Assembly (NCBI RefSeq): GCF_000372725.1
Contig: NW_005202176.1
Coordinates: 229,152 to 293,151 of the forward strand
Reading direction: 5' to 3'
DNA from: Emiliania huxleyi CCMP1516
Taxonomy: Eukaryota
DNA: 64,000 nucleotides
Part shown: positions 48,954 to 60,260 of the stretch, in pieces
Layout of the letters: each line of letters starts with the position of its first letter
How positions within the stretch are numbered: the stretch's first letter is position 1
Program-made: the position numbers and the translations under genes
The notes under the pieces: generated by a model
The model's database searches: none
What the model saw: the letters and a program-made list of their open reading frames with translations, nothing else
Told to the model about the DNA's origin: nothing

Positions 48954-50321
48954 ATGAAGCGCCGATCGATGTCCGCACACGCGCTGGCGGAGGTAGCCAC
49001 TGCGGTGGCGGGCGGCTCGCCTTCCTCCGGAGGCAGTCCTCGCGGCGGGAGCGGCAGCCGCTCGTCGCTCCGCCCTCGGCGAAGCAAGGAGAGGGAGGGC
49101 GAGACGGTCGAGGGGCCTCCGCCTGACTTCCGCTGCCCCGCGGCCCAGCCTCCGCCTAGCTTCCGCTGCCCCCTGTCCGGCGAGCTCATGCAGGACGCAG
49201 TCCGGCTGGGCGACCGCTCCTTCTCTTCGGCGAGTCTGCGAGGGCGCGGGATGTCAACTTGGAGGCCGCACACACTCCTCCCCAAAGCGGATCACGTGCT
49301 GCGCAGCCAGGTCCATGACTGGCTGTGCGAGCGGTACGCGTCGGTGGTCCTGCGCTTGCGCATGGTCTCGGCCGTCACGTCGGCTGCGCCCGAGGCGGCG
49401 GCGGCGGCGGCGGCGGCGGCGGCTGCGCTCGAGGCGCACGACGGCGCCGGCAAGGTGGGCATCGCCGTGGCGGGCGGCATTATACCGCTCGTCAAGCTCG
49501 TCAGTTGCGACGGCGATGCCACCCGCCGCGCCGCGGCGGCGGCGCTGGCGGCTCTGGCCTCCCACCCCGCCAACAAGAGGGAGATCGCGGCCGCCGGCGG
49601 CGTCCGCGCGCTTGTCGCGATGCTCTTGGCTGAGAGCCCCGAGGAGTCCAAGGCGGCCGCTTGCGAGGCGATCTGGCATCTGGCGACCGGCAGCGGAGAG
49701 AACAGGGCCCTGCTCGTGCAGGAGGGCGCACTCCCTCCCGTGGTTGCGCTCGTCTCCTCGCAGGTTGCGCAGAGCGCCGCCGTCCGAGTGCTGCGCCAAG
49801 TTGCTGTGGACGTCGAGCACGCGCGGCGCCTTGTCGACGCCGGCGTCATCCACCCGCTGCTGCAGCTCTTCATCGACGCCAGCCCGGCGCGGGTCGACGC
49901 GTCGGAGATCCTGTGGAGCCTCTGCATGGAGCCGACGAGCCGCGAAGCCGTCTCCGCCGCGGGAGGGGCTTCGCTTTGGTGGCTCTACCCCTCCGCCTTG
50001 CCGGGCCTCGCCGCCCGCGCCTACACGGCGCCGCCGGCGGGCCCGGCGCCGCCGCCGGCCGCCGCCAGCGACTGCGGCGACGACCCATGGGTGCCGGCCG
50101 CCGACGTGGCCTTCACCGACCAGGACTTGCTCTGCTTCCTGAGGGAGGAGGATGTGGAGGGGTCGCACGACTCCTGGCTCCAGCAGCTCGCGGGGCCCTT
50201 CTCCGGCTCTGCGCCACCCGCCGCTTCCTCCTGGTCCTCCTCCGGCTCGCAGGAGTCGCCCCCAAGCAGCCCTGTGTCGGATCCGTCGGCCAAAACCTCG
50301 AGTACCCCCCCCCCCCCATGA
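48954..50321 (+). CDS. U-box + Armadillo-repeat E3 ubiquitin ligase (PUB-like), intronless
   Basis: FRCPLSGELMQDAV..HVLRSQVHDW (U-box); IAVAGGIIPLVKLV, IAAAGGVRALVAML, LVQEGALPPVVALV (ARM). Confidence 0.85.
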   Translation: MKRRSMSAHALAEVATAVAGGSPSSGGSPRGGSGSRSSLRPRRSKEREGETVEGPPPDFRCPAAQPPPSFRCPLSGELMQDAVRLGDRSFSSASLRGRGMSTWRPHTLLPKADHVLRSQVHDWLCERYASVVLRLRMVSAVTSAAPEAAAAAAAAAAALEAHDGAGKVGIAVAGGIIPLVKLVSCDGDATRRAAAAALAALASHPANKREIAAAGGVRALVAMLLAESPEESKAAACEAIWHLATGSGENRALLVQEGALPPVVALVSSQVAQSAAVRVLRQVAVDVEHARRLVDAGVIHPLLQLFIDASPARVDASEILWSLCMEPTSREAVSAAGGASLWWLYPSALPGLAARAYTAPPAGPAPPPAAASDCGDDPWVPAADVAFTDQDLLCFLREEDVEGSHDSWLQQLAGPFSGSAPPAASSWSSSGSQESPPSSPVSDPSAKTSSTPPPP

Positions 50322-51232
50322 CGCATGAGGATCAAGACAACACACCACCATGAAGTTGTAACACCGTCACAAAAGTGATGCACGTATTGGGAGCGCGACT
50401 GGTCTTCGAGTGAAAAGTAATCCGAGCAAACCCGCGGCCGCAATGAATTAAAAGGGGCGGTTTTCGAGGGGGAATCTGGAGAATCTGGGAATCGGCTCAC
50501 CAGACACCACGGAAGACGGATCCCCACCTCAAACCTCTCACATCGAAAAACTTTTCACTCCAAGACATACTAGTTTTTTAAGGTGCTCTACAACCTAGGC
50601 ACAAAAGATATGGCATTTGAGGCCATTTAGGGCCCCTTAGACGGTCACTGAGTAGGCCAAAATCCCCACTGGGCCGGGACCGCCGGGAGCAACCTTAAGG
50701 CGGCTCCTGTGTCCTGAGAATTCCAAAAGCTACAGCACTGGGCACGGAAGTCGGAACTGGCGCGCACTGGTAGGGTACACCCTCCGTAAATGTAGTGAGC
50801 TGTGAGCTGTACACGGAGCGAGGGTCTGTACCGAGGCGTACAGGAACGATCAAACCAAGATCACCATGCTGAAAGGGACACGCTGTCGGCCGACGACAAT
50901 GAAGGACGCAGGCCGTCCAGGACACATCCCTCTGGGAACAATCTCGACTCGCGCGTCTCGAGCACCCTACTCAACAGGGACATCTCTCTACATACACGAG
51001 GTTAGTAGGAAGATGAAGAACAGTCAGGCTCGGACTGGACACCAACGCGACGAGTGGGGTATTCACGTAAGTAAACGCACAACCCCGGCCCGAAATCGCA
51101 CAGAGTCACGCAACACGGGGTCCCAGGGAAGGCGAGCAAAAACCTTATCGCGCGCGCTAGACGCCGACTCGGAGGCCGCAGCTCACTGGAAGCTTCGTTG
51201 GCGCCTGTGCACGGCGGCGCGGATCGATTCTG

Positions 51233-54200
51233 ATGTCGATGCTGTCCGCCGCGGTGCACGTCGCGACGACAGCAGCCTCGCCGCAGTTAGCGCAACTCCT
51301 CTCGCGCGCCACCGACCTGGAAACGAGCGGTGGGGACACGACGAGTGGGATTCACGGACCGTTTCCGCTCTCGACGGACGGGTGGAGGGAGTGCGTCGCG
51401 GGATGGGAGCATGTGCAGAAGAAGTGGAAGTCGCTCGGGCTGATCGCGCATCCGTACCCAAAGTCGGCCCACGCGCACGTTCCCGCGTGTCGCGCGCTCG
51501 CGATGCAGCCCGCGCTCCTCCGCGAGATGCGGGCCGTCATTGGAACAGATGACCTGATGCTCGCGACGATGTCGGTGCTGGTCAAGGAGGTGGGGTGGGA
51601 GCACCGGTGGCACACGGACGTGGAGAACGCGATCGACCGGACTCGCTGCAACGACACGAGCTGGACCGTCTGGCTGCCGCTCGACGGCACCGCCGCCCCT
51701 CACGCCGCCCCTTTGCCCCTCCACTCGCCGCCGCCATCGCCGCCGCCGCCGCCGCCACCTCGCCGCCGCCGCCTCCCATGCCGCCGCCCACTTCCCGCTC
51801 CGCCGGCCCCACGCCGCCACCGCCCTCAACCTTGCCCTCGCCTCCCTCGCCGCCTCCACCCTCCCCCTCCGCCGCCCCACAGGCGCCGCCCCCGACTCCT
51901 CGATGCTCATGGTCTCACACTCGCACGGCGCGAGAGACTTTGCGCAGGTGGGCAAGCTGTGGGCAAGCTCCCTACCCCTCACTCCCTGTCATGCTCCCTC
52001 TGTTCCTCCGCTCCCTCGCTCCGCTCCCTCCCTCCCTCCCACACACGCCTGCCTGTACTCCCGCAGGCGAAGCTGCACAAGCAGTGCAAGGTGTGCGCGA
52101 GGGCGGCTCCTCCTCCCCTTTCCCTCGGTCGGCAAGAACCGTAGCCTGATTCCTCCGCCCGCGCCTCACTCTCAGGTGTGCGAGGGCGGCGACTTCTCCT
52201 CGCTCTGGCGGCGCGGCGGCCAGCTCGCCAAGGCGCCGAGATCTCCGCTGGATCTCGGCTAGACCTCGGCTAGATCTCGGCTAGACCTCGCGGCTATACT
52301 TCGGCTACACCTCGGCGAGCTCGTCAAGGCGGCCTCCCTCCCCCCACAAGACCTCCGCCACTTTCTCTTGCAGGTGGCTCGGAGGGAGGTGTCGCCGCAC
52401 GCTGCTCTGGTGCAGCTGGCGGCCGCCGACACTCAGGCACACGTGCACACGCACACGCACACGCTCGCATGCACACGCACACACATGCACACACGCATCC
52501 GTCATTGCAGTCCTCAATCGATGCCTCACACCGGGGCGGGGATCCACGCACCCCACTCTCCATCTCGTGCAGTGTTTAGCCGTCTCCATCCGCGTGTTTC
52601 GACGTCAGGCGTGGGCTTTCCGCGGCGCCACGTGGCACGCCTCCTTCAACAACGCATCCAGCCGCAAGACGCGGACGGCGGTGCAGATGCACTTCATGCC
52701 GACGCGCTGCAAGTTCCGGTCGGCGGCCTCGAGATGCAGCAGCGATACAGCCGAGAGACAGCCGAGAGACAGCCGAGAGACAGCCGAGAGACAGCCGAGA
52801 GACAGCCGAGAGACAGCCGAGAGACAGCCGAGAGACAGCCGAGAGGCAGCCGAGAGACAGCCGAGAGACAGCCGAGAGACAGCCGAGAGACAGCCGAGAG
52901 ACAGCCGAGAGACAGCCGAGAGACAGCCGAGAGACAGCCGAGATCATGACTGCAGGTCTGACACCGGCCTCGAGAACGCGCCGGAGCTGCCTACGTCCGA
53001 GCGCCAGCGCCCGCCGGGCATCGGGGCGGTGCTGCCGCCGGTGATCCCTCTGCAGGGCAAGGCGCCGCCCACGCCGCGAGAGGCTGTGCGATTCGTCAAT
53101 CAGGAGAGGGGGTTCAGAGGAGTCGATCGCCACGATAGGCGTCGGCCACGCTGCGAGGCTCGGGCGAGGAGGCCGACAGCACACAGCCACACGGGACGGC
53201 GATGCAGCCGGGCCCTCCTCCCCGACCCTTCTCGGAACTGTCCTCGATGCAGGCGACGCACAACAACTGGATGTTCCCCGACGAGCCTGAGCCGGCCGTC
53301 GTCGACGCGACGTTCGACCGGACGCCGAAGCGCAAGAGAGACTGCGCCGCCGCGACCTTCGCGCCCGAGACGCCGCTCAAGTCGCTGGCGCACGACCTCA
53401 ACGCGGGCGGGTGGGTGGACAAGCTGTGCAAGCTCAAGAGCGGCGTCGACGCGCGCGCGGGCATCGTCGACAAGTCAAAGTGCAAGACGCACCAGCTGAC
53501 CGGCCACTCGGCGGGTGCGCCAATCATGGAGTACCACACGTCGAAGCTGCGCAAGAACTTTGCCGCGCACGAGATGCGGACCCACGAGGAGATCGAGCTG
53601 GTCTACGTGCTGCGAGGCTCGATCCTCATCTCGCTCAAGCAGCGCGGAGAGCACACTAAGACGCTCTACCGGCGCGCTCTCGACGCGGCCTCGCCTACCC
53701 CCCCTTGAACCATTGCTCACCAATGATCAGCCGTTAATGAACGATAGGCGCACTCTCGACGCGGGCGACCTCGCCTACTATCCCGGCTGGCAGCCGCACT
53801 CTTTGCTCTCCGTCGAGCACGCGCAGGCGCCGGGCGAATGCTCTTCTCAGACACTGTGACACTCATCATCCTCAGCATGGCTTGCTCTCTTCATCATCCT
53901 CTCCTCCTCTCAGGCGGTCTATACCTCCTATCCTCCTAGACACTTCCTAGACACTTCCTAGACACTTCCTCTCAGGCGGTCTACCTCGCGATTCGCTTCC
54001 TCGGCAACCAGCCGGTGTCGGTGGAGGAGCGGGAGACGGACAGCGTGGTGGTGTGGCGCCGCTCCGACACGGCCGAGAGCGACCTCGCAGAGGCGGGTCA
54101 GCCTACCCGCCTCCGCCACTCGAGCTCTCTGCATCTCTCCGTCTCCGGCGGCGAGTTGCGCGGACCGCACGGCTCAACCGCCGGCGCAGGCCACGACCAG

Positions 54201-55350
54201 CTCCTGCTGGCGACGAGGGGCGAGGTGCTCTACGGCGGCGCCGACGGCAAGATGCGCACTCTCACCGCGCCAGGTGCGCTCTTTGTTCCGCCGCGCGGCG
54301 ATGCGTGGTCCGCGACTTGTCTTCGACACTCTACCGTCAGCGTCAGCCTCAAAACAGAGGACGGCGTCTTTGTCATCAACGCCCTGAGCAACGCTGTTCC
54401 GTCCCCCCCCTGGACCGTCCACGACACGCCCCCCCCCCCCCCCCCGGCATGCTCTTTGTGCGACTTGTCCTCGAGACACGTCCAGGACCCCCCCCCCCCC
54501 CCTAGGCACGCTCTTTGTTCCTGCCGGCGCACCTCTGACCCTCTCGCCTGCGCCGGGCGCCGCGCCGCCGCCGCTGCCCGTGAGCAACAACGTCGCCTCG
54601 GCTCATCTCGGGCAATCTCCGCTCCTCTAGGCCCGCCGCCGCTGCTCGTGAGCATCAACTTCACCGAGCCGCGCCGCCGAGGCAGCGACGCCGACGCCTC
54701 GCACCACCACGCCAAGAAGGCGAAGCACCACACCGACGCCGACGCCTCGTTAAGCACGGTGCGGGGCTTGCAGCAAGCCTCGACAGACGGCGCGCCGTCA
54801 CCGGGCGCTGTTCACCCGGCGGGCGCTGTTGTCCCGCGGCATCCGGGCGCTACCCCGCGAGCAGCTCGCGCTCACGCGCTGTCGCCGGGCGCTCTGCGCA
54901 AGAAGTACGGCGTTGACGAGAAGGGGCGGGCTCACCGCCCGCTCCCAGGAGGGGGGCGTGCTGGGGCGGCGCGTCGGCCTAGATAGAGACACGTGGCACT
55001 CAGCCAGATGCATGACGATTGGACACCGGGCCGCTAGCGAGACGGAGAGAGGCCCGCACAGGAGCGACACACAGACCACACACGGACAAGACACCTCCGT
55101 CCTCGGGGCTGCACAACACACTCTGAGCCTCGGTCGCCCCCTCTCCTCCTCGGCCGCAAAGGCGCCGACCGCTGCTCCGGCAACGGCGAGCACGCATCCT
55201 CCTGCAGCCTCCTGGTCCCAGCGGCTGGCGAACCTCGTGCTCGAGGCTAAGGCGCTGAGCCAGCACGTGCCCATCCGCGGGCGGAAGGATGCGGGGCTGT
55301 CGCCGGGCGCTCTGCGCAAGAAGTACGGCGTTCCACCGTTAGAGCCGTAA
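51233..55350 (+). CDS. PhyH-type Fe(II)/2OG dioxygenase fused to cupin domain(s) (multi-exon; ends approximate)
   Basis: HRWHTD..WTVWLPLD..MLMVSHSH..AFRGATWHAS..RTAVQMHF; then HEMRTHEEIELVYVLRG..LDAGDLAYYPGWQPHSL. Confidence 0.7.
52746..52942. repeat. 11-bp minisatellite (ACAGCCGAGAG)n inside an intron
   Basis: ~18 copies; related intronic arrays at ~42245-42325, 42760-42860, 52240-52310 and 53935-53970. Confidence 0.92.
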
Positions 55351-56361
55351 GCGGTACGTAACATATTCTTCAGGTTCACCTCTGAAGCCCTGATACAAGA
55401 TTTTTGCCGTGCCGCGCCGTGCCCATGCCCATACCGCTAACTCGAGGGAGCGCAGGCAGCGGCCAGGGCGCCGGGACGCTCCCTCTCCAGACTCCACCGT
55501 GATGCTCCTCGCCATCATCGTCACCGCGACGTGTCATGTGTCAACTCGGCGGGACGGGCGTCGCCCGCGACATGCGCACGTAGCCCGACAACTTTCAAAC
55601 GCTCTGCAAGCCGCGGGCGGCTCCAACTGTCAATGTCGTCTCGCATTGCCGGTACGCGGCCTGGCTGCTCTCTCTCTCCTCCCCCCCACTCCCCATCGAG
55701 ACTGAGCCCCCGGTGAGCACGGGCTGCGGCGCGACCCTTGCCGTCCCCGCGCACGCAGGTCACCATGGCAGAGCTGCTTTGTCGTGCGTGCTCAAGCAGC
55801 GCGCAACGGTCGCGCCCACCTGTCACCTCGCCTCGCCGGCTGCATCCCGCTCGCGGCGGTCGCCACCATCCCTGGGTCACCGCCACTGCCCCTGTCCCTG
55901 CCGCCGCCGTCGCCGTCCGATTCCTCCCCGCCGCCCGGCCTGATCCGCGGCGTGCAACGCCCCCCACGCACAAACATGGGCACACACCTCGGCATCGCCG
56001 ACCCCCCAGCCCCCTGCCGCCGCCGCCGCCGTCACTGTCGCCCCCGCTTCCACCCACTTGCTTTACTGCCGGTGTACGCGTTTCGCTAACACTCAGGGCC
56101 CGTTTTGCATGACCTGTCTCCACTCTCGCTGCGGGCCCGTAAGACACTCGTAGACACAAGCACACACTCTCACTACACTCACTCACACACACTCAGCCCA
56201 CCCACAGCCGGCGCGCTCCTCCGCGCGCGAAAACCGAAATGCAGAGTGCACATCCACAAGGGCTAGTGTAAAATTCTTATTTCCGTGCACCTGTGTTTGT
56301 GCGAGTAAAGACAGAAAGAAAACACACGCGCGTAAAAAGCAACAAAAGTCACGAAAAAGCG

Positions 56362-57360
56362 ATGAAGCTCACCCCGCTGATTCCCGTCGTCTCTCTCTCT
56401 CTGCTGGTTCCTTGCCAAAGCCTGGTGGCATTCAGCTCCGCTCCTGGCCAACGGCTACGCGCCCGCCCTCCGCTCTGCGTCGAGGTGGAGTGCGGCGTGC
56501 AGCGGACCGCGAGCGGTGGGCTCGGCATTCAAGTGGATGAACGGAACGCTATCGCCACATCGGACGGTCAAGAGACCTTGCGTGCGGGCGACATCATCGT
56601 CGCTGTGGACGGTGTGCGCCTAGACGGACGTCCCGTCGCGACCGTGCTCGAGCCAAAGGCAGAGTACATCTTCACCGTCGAGCGAGGTAGCGCAAGCGCA
56701 GAGTCGACACTCCTCCGCCTGACGGCTGCACACGCACAGGCTTCCGAGGAGGAGGCGGCGGAGATCCTGCGCGGCATTGAGGGCGCGGCCACGGCGCTGC
56801 AGCAGGACGCGGCGCCAGTAGCTTCAGCCGACTTGCTCGGCTTTTGGCGGCTTCGGTGGGCCTCCGACCCCGCACTTGCGGCCGGGTTTACTGGGTACGG
56901 CTCGGTGGCAGGCTGCAGGCTCGTCGCCTCGTGGCAGCGGCTGGCCGAGGCGGAGCCGACGCTGCAGGTGGTTGAGGTGATAGCGGACAGCAACATTGGA
57001 GTCCACCAGGTCGCCGCCCGCAAAGGCAGGTGGGAGGTGGGAGGCGTGGGGGGCAGTGACGCTCCCGCGCTGAGCGAGCTCTACTCGCGGCTCGAGTACG
57101 CGGACGCCATGGTTTCCGCCGAGCCCGTGCGCACCGACCGCTCCCTCGCCTATGTGAGCGACACGATGAGAGTCGATCGCGGCGCCGACGGCTTGCTGCT
57201 CGTGTACGTGAAGGAGGAGGCGTCGACCGCGACGGGTGAGCTGCAGCGGCTGCTGGCCACGCCCGTGGCGGGCGAGAGCATGCCGCGGTGGCAGCAAGCG
57301 GACCTGATGCGCCGCTACTCGAATGGGCCGGACGCTGAGGCGGGGTCGGTCCTCGGGTAA
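56362..57360 (+). CDS. Plastid-targeted PDZ + PAP/fibrillin-like protein
   Basis: Signal + transit-like leader; GGLGIQVD..LRAGDIIVAVDG (PDZ); LLGFWRLRWAS..LAYVSDTMRVDRG..LLVYVK (fibrillin-like). Confidence 0.7.
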   Translation: MKLTPLIPVVSLSLLVPCQSLVAFSSAPGQRLRARPPLCVEVECGVQRTASGGLGIQVDERNAIATSDGQETLRAGDIIVAVDGVRLDGRPVATVLEPKAEYIFTVERGSASAESTLLRLTAAHAQASEEEAAEILRGIEGAATALQQDAAPVASADLLGFWRLRWASDPALAAGFTGYGSVAGCRLVASWQRLAEAEPTLQVVEVIADSNIGVHQVAARKGRWEVGGVGGSDAPALSELYSRLEYADAMVSAEPVRTDRSLAYVSDTMRVDRGADGLLLVYVKEEASTATGELQRLLATPVAGESMPRWQQADLMRRYSNGPDAEAGSVLG

Positions 57361-59027
57361 ACGGCTAAAACCGGACCCATCAACATAAGCAAGGCATGTA
57401 GCCGTTATGTCCCCACCAGCGCACCTGTTGCTGCGCTGTGCGAGTTCACTGCTTGCTCTCTGCCTCTCCCCGCAAACAAACCATATCTGGTCTCATGCAT
57501 AAAGCGCACGGGTGCCGGGCGATAGCTGCGGCAATCTCTTGCTAGTATGATCCAGTTGCGTCGGATCTGTCACTGTGTCTTCGTCCAACATTTTTTTCGC
57601 TCCACGGGGTGGCAAGGCTGCATCTTCAGCCAAGTGCTCGAGATCGTCACGCCTGAGACACACAGCATCGGTGAAGGAGGGCATGTTGCTCCCGAGTGGA
57701 GCCGCATCCGCGCAGGGTGCCATGATTGGCCGGTCGGGGGTTTGGCGATGCCCAAGCCAGCCTATCTTAGCGCGGGAGACCACCTTAGCGGGAGTGGTCG
57801 AGTGTAGACATCGCGGATTGGGAGCGCGAGCGGTCGGCCATGTTTGCCGCACGGTTGGCGAGAATAATCACGACGCCATATAGCTGGTAGCGCCAAAGGA
57901 GGTTGGAAAATAAGTCCGAGGCGCCTGGGCGCCGCGGGAAAGGCTCATGAAGGACGAATATGAGGTGGGTCCCTTCGGTCTTTGTGGCTGGGAAAACGCA
58001 CTATCCTCGGCGTCGGATCCCTCGGATGACTTGCTGCCTGGCGCTGGTGGGTAGCCAAAGTAGACCCACCTGAAGGCAGCGATAGCCCTCGTATGGTTCC
58101 CCCTGGGCGTAGGAGATAATCGTGCGTGGTGACCGGGGGCATGCTAACCGCAACAGTCGTGCAACCGGGCCGTCAGTGTAGGGAACGCTCTCGTTCGGAG
58201 CGTCGGAGCTGTTGTCGAGAGCATCGCAGACGTTGCTGTCCTTATTCTCCGCCGGGGTAGGCAGTGGTTTCAAAATGCCCATTCGCCGCAGACCAATCAA
58301 GAGCAGCCCTTCCCGGTAGGTCGGCAAGCTGGCCAGACAGACCTCGCCTAAGAGCTAGGCTGCGCGTTGAGATATGAAAGGGATCAGCACTCACTGGTGC
58401 TGGCCGCTGTGCATGTGGCGCTCCGCCGCGGTGGCGTGTGTGCAGTTGTGGCGATCGACGCGTGTTTTTCCTCGAATGTGTGACTGAGACTGTGCACCGA
58501 TCTTGTTTACAGCCATCAAGGTGCCGAGGTCACGCGGGAAGGGCGATTCAGCAGCGGCTGCTGTAACAAGTAGCGCGACGCGCGAGACAGACATGTTGTA
58601 GATGTGCGTGTGAGCTGCGCAAAGCTGGGAGCTGAGAGAGAGGATGCGGAACGTTGCTCGTTGGGGACGTCCGAATTTCCGCGATGACTAAATACGAAAA
58701 TTACGTAAGAGCCACAACCCCCTCTCTCTTTTCTCCCAGTAAATAAATAAATAAATAAAACGGACACCTCTACTAGGAGATGGGTAAAAAGGAACAGGTC
58801 CCCGCCCTTGCGATCTTTGTGCAGGGTTCTTTGTGGGTGTGGTCGGCGACTAGCCGGGGTCGTCCTCCCGTCGATCTGGCAGCCACTCGATCGCCCAGTA
58901 AGCTAAAAGTACGTACATTGAAAATGCAGTTCACCTACGGGTATGTTCGTAAGAGCCACATACACTGAAAATGTACGTAAGAGCCACATCCAGTAAGCTA
59001 AAAGTACATTGAAAATTGGACCTATGC

Positions 59028-60260
59028 CTATTTCGTTGCACTCTCACCTCGACCACGTTCGCGTCCGTCAAACCCGTCAAAGCCGGCGAGGAAGTGGACC
59101 GCAGCGTGCTCCGCCGAGGATGACAGCGTGCCACGCGCGGGACCGCCGCCGCCACCGCCACCGCTCCCCGGCACGGTTAGCCGGCGCGCGTACTCTCCCA
59201 TCAGGTGCGCGGCACTCACGCTGAAGACGGCGGCGCTGCACGCGCGAGCGACGCCCCTCGGCGCGGCGGGCGCGAGCGAGGTGAGCGCACGGTAGGAGAG
59301 CCAGCTGGCGACCTCGAGCCTCGCGGCGGGGTGCAAGGAGAGCACCCCTAGCCCAGCCGCCCAGCCGATCCTGTGGCAGGCCCCGCCGCCCACGTGCAGC
59401 AGCGCCGCGGAGAGGCCACCGAGGCAAGCGCGGGCGGCGGCGGCTCGCAGCACACGGGAGAGCATCTGCCGCGGCCGCCGCCGCCACGCGCCCACGGACT
59501 GGACCACGCTCGCGGGCACGGCGCGGCACAGCCCGAGCCTGGTCCCGTCCGCCCACCCGGCCGCCGCCGCGAGAGCAGTCGAGCCGGCGCTACCTCGCCT
59601 CGCGCCGTCGGCCTGCGCCCTGCAAGCCGCCTGCACGGCGACCGAGGCGAGGACGGGGCTGCCCAGGGGCGGCGGCGCGGCGAGGAACTCCAGTGCGCGA
59701 GCCTCGACGGCTTCGGCGACGGCGGACGGCGGCTCGAGAGGCTGGATCGCTGCCACGGCCGCCGCCGCCCGCTGCGCCGCCGTCGCCGCCTCGGCCGCAT
59801 ACGAGTCGAGAAGATGCCACAAGGCGAGACAGGCGGCGGCAGTGGTGGCAGCGGCGTGCGCGTGCTCCCTCCACCTGGATCGTCCGCGACATGGCCGCGA
59901 TTGTGACGGCTCCGGCCGACCCGCAGAGAGCGCGGCCGACAGGACAACACCGGCGTGAAGGGCGGAGCGGGGCGCCACCTCGTCCGGCCGCACAGCGCAC
60001 GTTAGCGCGCCTGCCGCCGCGCCTGCAATCGACGCACGCAGTGGCAACTGGCGTGGCCGGCCGAGTGAGCGGAGGCTCAGCATCGCACCATGCCACGTCG
60101 CACAGAGCGTGGCGAGCGCGGCGCCGAGGCCAGCCGGTCGGGCGTCTCCCGTGAGGCCAAAACTCAACGCAGGGCGCCGCACCGCACGGAGGGCGCAGCC
60201 CGCGAGCCAGCCGCATGCGAAGCAGCGAGCCACGCCGACGATCGGTGTTGCGAACGACAT
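59028..60260 (-). CDS. TMEM135-like membrane protein
   Basis: Two Gly/Ala-rich hydrophobic halves (SIAGAAAGAL; GWAAGLGVLSLHPAARLEVASWLSYRAL; AVFSVSAAHLM). Confidence 0.5.
   Translation of the reverse strand: MSFATPIVGVARCFACGWLAGCALRAVRRPALSFGLTGDARPAGLGAALATLCATWHGAMLSLRSLGRPRQLPLRASIAGAAAGALTCAVRPDEVAPRSALHAGVVLSAALSAGRPEPSQSRPCRGRSRWREHAHAAATTAAACLALWHLLDSYAAEAATAAQRAAAAVAAIQPLEPPSAVAEAVEARALEFLAAPPPLGSPVLASVAVQAACRAQADGARRGSAGSTALAAAAGWADGTRLGLCRAVPASVVQSVGAWRRRPRQMLSRVLRAAAARACLGGLSAALLHVGGGACHRIGWAAGLGVLSLHPAARLEVASWLSYRALTSLAPAAPRGVARACSAAVFSVSAAHLMGEYARRLTVPGSGGGGGGGPARGTLSSSAEHAAVHFLAGFDGFDGRERGRGESATK

Noticed and set aside
50578..50698. TTAA-flanked Kolobok-like mini element
   Set aside because: TIR is only ~9 bp and imperfect; could be chance
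57493..58330. Broken minus-strand ORFs
   Set aside because: Stops in all frames and no recognisable family; possibly a TE or pseudogene relic but unsupported
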